64,000 nucleotides of DNA from the human T2T-CHM13v2.0 reference genome, Homo sapiens. Under the pieces are notes generated by a model that searched no databases, was not told the origin of the DNA, and saw only the letters and a list, made by a program, of their open reading frames with translations. The stretch lies in the NCBI RefSeq assembly GCF_009914755.1, contig NC_060935.1. One strand, 5' to 3'. This document shows positions 53,541-64,000 of the stretch, one piece after another. Within the stretch, counting starts at the first letter, position 1, and each line of letters begins with the position of its first letter. A program made the translations under genes and the position numbers.

Positions 53541-54427
53541 TCCTTTTCTCCCAATTTTCATTGTCTACAGCTATGCAATATGCATTCTCCTATAAATTTA
53601 CTATTGAGTTAATATGCTTGATTTAACCTTCATGTCCACTTAATTTTCAAAATTATTTTTAGCCACTGGTTGGTTGAATAGATAGAGATGGATTTAAAGT
53701 AATAGAAAAGCAGCAGTTGTGACTTAGAACAAACCATGACTTGGGTATGTCTATATCACTTTCGGTCTCACACACTCCACACAGGGCTGCATTCTGTGGA
53801 AGGGTCTTGTATTATCTATGAATATGCACTGTTTTTCCTAGTTCAGGCATACAAAGATCAGTACTGTAATGTGGAAAAAAAAAAAACCCTTGAAGAATGC
53901 AATTCTCATTTGTTTCTTTGAAACTTTGTTTTTGAGAATTTCATTCCACTTAACTCAGGACTCTCAGCCTGCCCTGATAATTTATATCTACATTTCAAAG
54001 ACTATGAATCATAAATGCATATTTCCATCTATTGTACAATCTCTCAAAATTGCTTAAAGGAGAGTGGGTGGATTCTTTTTAAATCTAATCTTCCCAGTAC
54101 TCATCCAGGAAATTTCAAATCCAACAACTTTTCATTCAGATGGGTGTATGCTGTTTCTTGTTCTTTTTTTCAGTACAAACTTCTGAAACCAGCAATAGCA
54201 AATATGTGTGCACATTGATTTACCCTAACATGAATAACTGTTTTCCCCAGGGTGAAATTGAAAAATAAAATGAGTGAATGATGGAGAAAATTGAGTAGCT
54301 AGGGATTCTAAATGGCCTTTGGTTTGAATTAAGTATTGTACTCCACTTCTGAGTAGTTGAAATCTGTTATTCTACCCCTTGAATTTTCCTTATTTCTTTT
54401 GTCCTGTCTTTCTGCCTTTCAGGCAAC

Positions 54428-54777
54428 TGCCATGCTTTGAATGTATGTGTCTCTTCAAAATTCTTAACTGCCAATGTGATAGTATTAGGAGGTGAGGACT
54501 TTAGGGGGTAATTAAATCATGAGGGCAGAGCCATCCTGAATGGGATTAATGTTTTTAAAGAAAGGTGTAAGGGAGCTGTTCATCCCTTCTGCCATGTGGG
54601 AGCACACTAAGGGGGGCCATCTTGAAAACAGAGAGATGCCCTCACCAGACACCTAAGCTGCCAGCACATTTATCTTGAAATTCCTTGCCTCCAGAACTGT
54701 GAGACAATACATTTCTGTTCCTTTTAAATGACCCAGTCTTGGGTATTTTGTTATAGAAGCATGAACAAATTAAGACA
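54428..54777 (+). mobile_element. MLT1A0/MSTD-type MaLR solo LTR
   Basis: tgccatgctttgaatgt...catgagggcagagcc...gcctccagaactgtgagac...taagaca; perfect TSD gcaac. Confidence 0.9.
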
Positions 54778-55559
54778 GCAACATACTTAAAAAAAAGTTA
54801 GCACTGACTATCTGTGTTAGGCACTGTGCTAGTCAATGCAGATATTGACATAGATGTCCTATGTTTTAAAGTGTCTGCAGGCTAGCAAGGGAGAGAGAAA
54901 CACATAACCATAAACCAAAGTGGCAAATCCACTCTTGTCCCAGAAAGTGAGCTGCTGATGTAAATTTAGTCTCTCAGATAGAATTTCTGTTGCAAAGAGA
55001 CTATAATGACTAGTTGACAAAAATGTTCCTTTCGGTTTCCTTAGTATAATTATGTTTCTCATATAAATGAATAAATTGACATGTTGGCTTCTAAGTAAAT
55101 TTTTTGGACTGTGGTGAGTTATTTCTCAAGATCCAGTTGCCACAGGGTGAAATGACAAAACCACAGGACTGACTCCATCTTGCTGAGAAAGTGCTCCGAA
55201 CACTCAGTAGTTCCAACAAGATGCAGGCCCCCTCATGAGATTCAGCCTGAAGTGTCCACACCGAATATCCCATTATAGCAGCTAGTAAGGAATGGGATAA
55301 GTTGTATTTGGGGCTGTCAAAAATGCTTTGAGGTAAATCTCTAGTTGAAGTAACAATTGGGCAGAGACAAAAAGAGAGCAAATATTTGTTGAGTTTCTAG
55401 AACATTGTTTTATGTGCTTAGCTTAGAGCAGCTGTTAATTATCTTAAATCACACATTCAGTAAGTAGTAGGTCTTAAATTTGAATCTAAATACACATTCT
55501 GCCTATTTTGCTTTTTCAAGAATATTATTAGAGACTATATCAAGAACTGTAAGGTATTT

Positions 55560-55995
55560 TATGCTTTTTAGAATAGCATTTTCCTAAAAAAGTATTCCTA
55601 GGAAATAATAAGAGATGCACAGAAAGGATATCAAGAGTGATCACATTGTGTAATTTATACTAACAAATAAACTGGAAACAACCAAGAGAATCAGCAAGGT
55701 AAATGTGGATAAATGAATTACAATGTAGTCATATGATGGACCGTTATACACAAAATTAAAAGCAGCGTTTCATGACAGGAAACATTTTAAGATGTAATGT
55801 TAAATATCAAAACAAGAATGCAAAATTTTGAAGTGTATGATTTCACCACGATTTTAACATGCACAGAAAAAAATTGTAAAGGAAATTAAGTGCTTATCTC
55901 TAGATGATGAACATACAAGTTAATTTAATTTCTTTTTACTTTTCAGTAATTTTCAAATTTTCTAATATTAAACATATTATTGTAAAGCAATGAAA
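55560..55995 (+). mobile_element. Old L1ME 3' fragment
   Basis: aactggaaacaacc...ataaatgaattacaatg...tttcagtaattttcaaattttcta. Confidence 0.5.
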
Positions 55996-56049
55996 TATTT
56001 TTATAGAATTATATTAATCAAGGTGCTTCATATAGTGATTGCAAGTTTT

Positions 56050-57780
56050 AGGCTGCTGCCACCTGTTTAGTGGGTACAGGGATGCCACCACCCCACTCCT
56101 GCTGGTGACCCCTCCCAGCTCATGTGCGTGCACCCTGTGGGGATGCTGTGGCTAGTCGTACATGCAAGTGAGCACAGATCCTGCTGCCACTGCCCTGAGT
56201 AAGTGCTTTGACTGCCTCCCCCACGTCAGAGTATTGTGGCCAGTGGGCCAAGAACACCTCAGTCCCTCAAGTACAACAGGTTCCTAATCTTGAGGGGCCA
56301 GAAAATGAAGCCCAGAGTAAGGACACACAGCCAAGGAGTGCTGAGTTGAGCCTTCCCCGCTTAAATCTTACAGAAACAAAGCCTGTCAACCTTATTCCAC
56401 AATAAAATCCCCAAGGGCATCAAAGAAGATAAAAGCGAAAAGAAAAAAAAATCCAAAGGACAGCAACTTTAAAGACTGAAGGAACATCAGCACACCTAGG
56501 TGAGAAAGAAACAGAGAAAGAACTCTGGCAACTTAAAAAGGCTTCCTACCTTCAAATGACTGCACTATTTCCCCAGCAATGGTTCTTAACCAGCCTGAAA
56601 TGGCTAAAATGTCAGAAATAGAGTTCAGAATATGGATTAATGAAGATCACTGAGATTCAGGAGAAAGTCAAAACCCAATTCAAGGATACTAAGGAATACA
56701 ATAAAATAATACAGGAACTGAAATTTGAAAAGGTTATTTTAAGAAAGAATCAGATTTGACAGAGCTGGAAAACTCACTTCAAGTATTTCATGATACAATC
56801 ACAAGCATTAACAGCAGAATAGAGCAGCTGAGGAAAGAATCTCAGAGCTCGAAGATTCGTTCTGTAAAATTACTCAGTCAGACAATAAAGAAAAAAGAAT
56901 AGAAAGGAAAGAACAAAACCTCTGAGGAATATGGAATTGTGAAGAGAGACCAAATTGATGACTTATTGGAATTCTTGAAAGAGAAGGAGAGAAAGCAAGC
57001 AACTTGAAAAACTATTTGAGGATATTGTCTATGAAAAATCCCCCAACCTTGCTAGAGAGGTCGAGATTCAATTTGAGGAAATGCAGTAACCCCTGTGAGA
57101 TACTATCTGAAATGAACTACGCCAAGACACATAGTCATCAAATTTTCTAAGATCGAAATGAAAGAAAAAATGTTAAAGGCAATTAGAGAGAAGGGGCAGG
57201 TCACCTACAAAGGGAACCCAAGCAGGCTAACAGCAGATCTTTTAGAAGAAACCCTACAAGCCAGAAGAGATTGCGGGCCTATATTTAGCATTCATAAAGA
57301 AAAAAAATTCAACCAAGAATTTCATATCCAGCCAAACTAAGCTTTGTAAATAGAAGAGAAATATGATCCTTTTCCAAAGAGCAAATGCTAAAAGAATTTA
57401 TTACCACCATACCTGCCTTACAAGAAGTCTTTAAGGGAGAGATATATATGGAAAAGGAAGATGGTTACTGGCCACCAGAAAAACACACTAAAGTACATAG
57501 ACCATTGCCAATGTAAAGGAACTACACAATCAAGTCTGCATAACAACCACCTAACAAGATGATGACAGGATCCAATCCACACATATTAATATTAACCTTG
57601 AATGTAAATGGGCTAAACCCCCTGTTAAGAGGCTCAGAGTGGCAAGATGAATAAAGAAGCAAGGTCCAACTTCAAGAGACTCATCTCACATGCAATGACA
57701 CTTGTAGGCTCAAAGTAAAGGGATGGAGAAAAATCTACCAAGCAAAGAGAAAACAGATTCACAACTGAATTCTATCAGAC
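56050..57780 (+). mobile_element. L1PA15/16-type 5' UTR part, ORF1 and start of ORF2 (dead)
   Basis: ORF1 remnant KEKMLKAIREKGQVTYKGNPSRLTADLLEETLQARRD; ORF2 start atgacaggatccaatccacac (MTGSNPH..LTLNVNGLN) near 57561. Confidence 0.88.
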
Positions 57781-58928
57781 ATCTGGTCCTGGGCTATTTC
57801 TGGTTGGTAGGTTTTTTATTACTGATTCCATTTCAGACGTCATTATTGGTCTACTCAGGATTTCAATGTTTTCCTGGTTCAATATTGGGAAGTTGTATGT
57901 TTCCAGGAATATATCCATTTGTTCTATGTGTTGTACTTTGTGTGCATAGAGGGGTTAAAAATAGTCCCCAAAGGGCTTTTGTATTTATGTAAGATTGGTT
58001 TTAATGTCACCTTTATTATTTCTGATTGTATTTACTTGGATCTTTTTGTTTTTTCTTTATTAGTCCAGCAAGGAGTCTATCAATCTTATTTATTCTATCA
58101 AAAAAAAATTCCTGGATCTGTTGATCTTTTATATGGTTTTTCACATCTCAATTTCATTCTGTACTCCTCTGATTTTGGTTATTTCTTGTCTTGTATTAGC
58201 TTGGGGTTTGGTTTGCTCTTTTTTTGTTGTTGTTGTTTGATCATTTAGTTCCTTTAGGTGTAATGCTAAGTTGTTAATTTGATATCTTTCTAACTTTTTG
58301 TTTTGGGTGTTTAGTGCTATAAACTTCCCTCTTAACATTGCTTTAGCTGTGTCTCAGAGATTCTAGTATGTTGTATCTGTGTTTTCATTACTTTTGAAGA
58401 ATTTCTTGATTTCTGCCATAATTTCCTTGTTTACTCAAAAGTTATTCACAAGCAGGTTGTTTAATTTCCATATAATTCTATGGTTTTGAGAGATTTTCTC
58501 AGTATTGATTGCTATTTTTATTGTGCTGTGGTCCAAGAATGTGGTTGGTATGATTTAGGTTTTTTTGAATGTGCTGAGGATTGTTTTACAGCCAATTTCA
58601 TGGTCATTTTAGAGCATATGCCATATGCAGATAACAGAAATGTATATTCTGTTATTCTGGGGTAGAGCTTGCTGTAGATACCTACTAGGTCCATTTAGTT
58701 AACTGTGGAATTCAGTTCCAAAATATCTTTGTTAATTTTCTGCCTTGATGGTCTGCCTAATACTTTCAGTGGGGTGTTGATGTCTTCCACTGTTATTGTG
58801 TGGTTATTTAAGTCACTTTGTAGGTCTCTAATAACCTGTTTTATGAATCTTGGTGCTCCCGCATTGGGTACACACATATTCAGGCTTGATAGGTCTTGTT
58901 GAATTGAGCCCTTTACCATTATGTCATG
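57781..58928 (-). mobile_element. Inverted L1 ORF2 segment (EN to pre-RT)
   Basis: Minus-strand ORFs LRGKFIALN..KKLER and MVKGSIQQ..APRFIKQV; junction atctggtcctgggc. Confidence 0.9.
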
Positions 58929-60275
58929 CTACATTAAGGGAGAATCCTGTGGGGCAAAAGAATCTGAACAGCAGACCTTGAGTTCCAGGTCTTCCCTCTG
59001 ATATAGTCTACTGAAAAGAGAAGGAACCAGAAAAATAATTCTGGTAATATGACAAAGGTTCTTTAACCCCCAAAAGATCACACTAGCTCACCAGCAATGG
59101 ATCCAAACCAAGAACAAATCCCTGAATTGCCAGAAAAAGAATTCAGAAGGTCAATTTTTAAGCTAATCAAGGAGGCATCAGAGAAAGATGAAGTCCAAAT
59201 TAATGAAATTTAAAAAAGGATGTTACAAGACATGAAGGGAAAAATCTTCAATGAAATAGACAGCATACATAAAATGCTACTTCTGGAAATCAAGGACACA
59301 CTTAGAGAAACATGAAGTGCACTGGAAAGTCTTAGAAATGAAATCGAACAAGCAGAAAAAAAAAAACTTCAGAGCTCAAAGACAAGGTTTTGAAAGTAAC
59401 CCAATCCAACAAAGAGTTTAAAGTAAACAGAATTTTATGAAATGGTCAAAGTCTCCAAGAAATTTGGGATTATGTTAAACAGCGAAACCTAGGAATAATT
59501 GGTGTTCCTGAGGAAGAAGAGAAATCGAAAAGTTTGGAAAACATATTTAAGGGAATAATTGAGGAAAACTTCCCCAGCCTTGCTAGAGATCTAGACATCC
59601 AAATACAAGAAGCTCAAAGAACACCTAGGAAATTTATCACAAAAAGATCATTGCTAGGCACATAGTCATCAGGTTATCTAAAGTCAAGACAAAGGAAAGA
59701 ATCTTAAGGGCTGTGAGGCAAAAGCACCAGGTAACCTATAAAGAAAAACCTATCATATTAAGTGAAGGTTTCTCAGCAGAAACCCTACAAGCTAGAAGGG
59801 ATTGGGGCTCTATCTTTGGCCTCCTTAAACAAAACAATGATCAGCTAAGAATTTTGTATCCAGTGAAACTAAGTTTCAGATATGAAGGAAAGATACAGTC
59901 TTTTTTCAGACACACAATTGCTGAGAGAATTCACCACTTCCAAGCCAGCACTGCAAGAACTGCTAAAAGGAGCTCTAAATCTCAAAACTATTCCTTGAAA
60001 CACACCAAAATAGAACCCCTTTAAAGGATAAATCTCACAAAACCTAGAAAACAAAAACACAATAAATAATAATAATAAACCAAGGTATTCAGGCAACAAC
60101 TACCACAATGAATACAATAGTACCTCACATCTCAATACTAACATTGAATGTAAATGGCCTAAATGTGCAACTTAAAAGATACGATGGCAGAATGGATAAT
60201 AATTCACCAACCAAGTATATGCTGTCTTCAAGAAATTCGTCTAACACATTACGACACACATAAACTTAAGGTAAA

Positions 60276-60806
60276 CTCATAGCAAAACAGTACTGTGGTG
60301 AACTGGGGACAGATTTGCTGCTACTGCTGCTGCTGCCACTGCCACCACCTCTACCTTCTGTTGCATGGATAAACTGAGGGATGTGGCACTGTTGTGACAG
60401 TCTTACAAATTCCAGGCAGGTACTCCTAGCTGGGACCCGACAATTCAGTTTGCACCCCAAGGCTCTAAATCTCAGCTCCCCTAGGTCCTGGTACCATGTC
60501 TTTGGAAGACACACACAGAAAGGACTTAGATACCTTCTGAAAAGGATGGGACAAATAAAACTTATATTCCCTCCTCTCCTCTTGCTTGGAAGATCATTTA
60601 AGATTAGGAGATGAAGTGACTTTTCCCACTGAAGGGGACACAGAGGAAACTATGATTAGGAGTTTCCAGACACCTGTGTTCCAGCCATGGTTTCCCTATG
60701 TCCTCGCCTTGGGACCCAGCACTACTTACTAAACCTTTTTGAGTAACAGTTTCCTTATCTATAAACAGGAATAATAATAGGACCAACTGCACAGAGCTGT
60801 TGTGAA
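60276..60806. other. Non-L1 genomic fragment captured within L1PB ORF2 (includes a MIR piece at about 60660-60806)
   Basis: L1 ...cacataaacttaaggtaaa | insert | ggaaaaaaataatccatgcaaatg resumes almost contiguously. Confidence 0.8.
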
Positions 60807-61438
60807 GGAAAAAAATAATCCATGCAAATGAACACCCAAAATGAGCAGGACTGGCTATTCTTATATCAGACAAAACAAACTTTAAAGTGACAGCAGTTAA
60901 AAAAGACAAAGAGTGACATTATATAATGATAAAAGGATCAGTCCAACAGGAAAATGTCACAATCCAAAATACATATGCACCTACCACTAGAGCTCCCAAA
61001 TTTATAAAACAATTACTACTACACCTAAGAAATGAGATAGACAGCAACATAATAATAGTGAAGGACTTCAATGCTCTACTGACAGCACTAGACAGGTCAT
61101 CAAGAAAGAAAGTCAACAAAGAAACAATGGATTTAAACTACACCCTAGAACAGATGGACTTAACAGATATTTACAGAATGTTCTGCCCAACAGCTGAATA
61201 TACATTCTATTCATCAGCACACGAAACATTTTAGAAGATAGACCATATGATAGCTCACAAAACAAGTCTCAATAAGTTTAAGAAAATTGGAATTATATCA
61301 AGTACTCTGTCAGGCCACAATGGAATAAAATTGAAAATTAACTTTAAAAGGACACTCAAAAGTGTGCAAATACATGAATATTAAATAACCTGCTCCTGAA
61401 TGATTGTTGGGTCAACAACGAAATCAAGATAAACATTA

Positions 61439-61790
<352 letters not shown>

Positions 61791-62132
61791 TTATCTCTCC
61801 TCCTTTCCCAAACATTATAAAAACCCTGTTTCTCTAACTGTACAACTACAAAGTCACTAAAAAAAACCTCAAGATGTAAAACATGTTTTTCCTTAAAAAA
61901 TAAAAAATAATACATGTCTCAATTAATTAAATAACTGTCTTTGTTTCTCACTTCTATAATATAGTTTCCCCTGCACAAATTTCCCCCCGCCTCATGAAAT
62001 ACTTAAAAAATAACTTAACTCTTGGTTCAAAACTCAGTCCTTTAAATATTAATCCAACTAGACCAGTAGACCTAAATAATAAATATCCTCCTAAACCCCA
62101 TCAGTCTCTCTAATTCCTTAAAAATCCTATCA
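61791..62132 (+). mobile_element. 5'-truncated ERV1-class LTR (tentatively LTR15-like), G-to-A hypermutated
   Basis: AATAAA 62078-83, U5-like ccccatcagtctctctaattccttaaaaatcc, CA end; only 20 G in about 340 nt. Confidence 0.75.
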
Positions 62133-63040
62133 AAACCTATCAAAGTCTCTGGAATACAGCAAAGGCACTGCTAAGAGAAAAGCTCAAAGCCTTAAATGTC
62201 TACATCAAAAAGTCTGAAAGAGCAAAAATAGACAATCTATGGTCACACCTCAAGGAACTAGAGAAACAAGAACAAACCAGTCCCAAACCCAGCAGAAGAA
62301 AAGAAATAACAAAGATCAGAGAATAACTAAACTAAACTGATACAAACAAATAAAACACAAACAAACAAAAAACAATACAAAAGACAAATGAAAAAAGCTG
62401 GTTCTTTGAAAAGGTAAGCAAAATTGATAGGCCCTTTAGTGAGATTAACCAACAAAAGAAGAGAAAGATCCAAACAGGCTCAATTAGATATGAAACAGGA
62501 GATATTACAACCTATGCCACAGAAATACAAAAGATCATTTGAGGCTACTATGAATAACTTTATGCACATAAACTAGAAAACCTAAAGGAGATGGATAAAC
62601 CCCTGGAAATATACAGTCTTTCTAGATTAAACCAGGAGGAAACAGATACTCTGAACAGAGCAATAGCAAACGGTGACATTGAAATAGTAATTAAAAAGTT
62701 ACCAACAAAAAAAGTCCAGAACTAGATGGATTCATAGCTGAATTCTATCAGATAATCAAAGAAGAATTGGTATCAATCCTATCGACACTATTCCACAACA
62801 GAGAGAAAGAGGGAATCCTCCCTAAATCATTCAATGAAGCCAGTATCACTCTAATACCAAAACCAGGAAAGGACATAACATAAAAAGGAAACTACAGACC
62901 AATATCCCTGATGAATACAGATGCCAAAATCCTTAACAAAATACTAACTAACCAAATCCAACAGCATATCAAAAAGATAATGCATCATGATCAAGTGGGT
63001 TTCATATGAGGGATGCAGGGATGATTTAACATACACACGT

Positions 63041-63393
63041 TGTATTAGTCCATTCTCATGCTACTATGATGAAAGACCTAAGACTGGGTAATTTATAAAA
63101 GAAAAATAGGTTTAATTGACTCACAGTTCTGCATGGCTGGAGAGGCCTCAGGAAATTTACAATCAAGGCAGAAGGCACCTCTTCACAGGGTGGCAGGAGA
63201 GAGAATAAGTACTGAGTGAAGGGGGAAACCCCTTATAAAACCATTGGATCTTGTGAGAGCTCACTCGCTATCACAACATGGGGGAAACTGTCACGATGAT
63301 TCAATTATCTCCATCTGGTCCTGCTCTTGATATGTGACGATTATTACAATTCATGGTGAGATTTGGGTGGGGACACAGAGCCAAACCATATCA
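63041..63393 (-). mobile_element. THE1D-type 3' LTR
   Basis: tgtattagtccattctc...gggtggggacacagagccaaaccatatca. Confidence 0.92.
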
Positions 63394-64000
63394 TTCTGCC
63401 CCTGGCCACTCGCAAATCTCATGTCCTCACAATTTGAAACAATCACAGCCTTTCAACAATCCCCCTAAGCCTTAACTCATTCCAGCATTAACCCAAAAGT
63501 CAAAGTCCAAAGTCTTATCTGATACAAGGCAAGGACCTTCTTCCTACGAACCTGTAAAATCACAAACAAGTTAGTCACTTCCTAGATACAACAGGGGTAC
63601 AGGCATTGGATAAATACACCTGTTCCAAATGGGAGAAAATAGCTAAAACAAACGGGCCACAGGTCCCATGCAAGTTCAAAATTCAATAGGGCAGTCATTA
63701 AACCTTAAAGTTCCAAAATGATCTCCTCTGACTCCGTGTCTCACATCCAGGTTACACTGATGCAAGAGGTGGGCTCCTATGGCCTTGGGCCACTCCAGCC
63801 CTGTGGCTTTGCAGGGTACAGACCCCCACCATGGGTACTTTAGTGGGCTGGCATTGAGTGTCTGTGGCTTTTCCAGGTGCATGGTGCAAGCTGTCAATGG
63901 ATCTACCATTTTGGGGTTTGGAGGACAGTGGCCCTCTTCTCACAGCTCCACTAGGCAGTGCCCTAATGGGGACTCTGTGTGGGGGTTTCAATCCCACATT
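63394..64000 (-). mobile_element. THE1/MST internal region (provirus continues beyond the window)
   Basis: PPT-like ggggcagaa abutting the LTR on the minus strand; ccttaactcattccagcattaacccaaaag, ttcctagatacaa, ccttaaagttccaaaatgatctcc. Confidence 0.9.

Overview
AT-rich, CpG-poor, repeat-dense primate (most likely human) non-coding genomic DNA, either intergenic or deep intronic. I find no credible protein-coding exon, RNA gene or CpG island. Most listed ORFs trace to Alu, L1, LTR or microsatellite sequence, and the rest are short with no coding support. The window records layered transposon insertions: about 10 Alu/FLAM/FRAM copies, many L1 fragments (an L1PB1 3' piece, an internally inverted L1PA15/16-type element, and an L1PB with four nested inserts), MaLR/ERVL/ERV1 LTRs, DNA transposons (Charlie, MER5, MER6A, MER82, MER53) and old MIR/L2/L3 relics. 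The most notable observations are: (1) an LTR fragment with extreme G-to-A hypermutation (APOBEC3-like) inside an L1; (2) a ~530-bp MIR-containing foreign genomic fragment captured inside a younger L1; (3) a ~150-bp locally templated insertion at a THE1 LTR end; (4) an unassigned ~100-bp element present twice, 8 kb apart; (5) candidate regulatory modules, namely an IRF/ISRE+TATA+splice donor and a DR0-DR0 nuclear-receptor array. I do not see evidence of a genuinely new biological system. Repeat subfamily names come from recalled consensus sequences and need RepeatMasker/Dfam confirmation; boundaries of old repeats are approximate.
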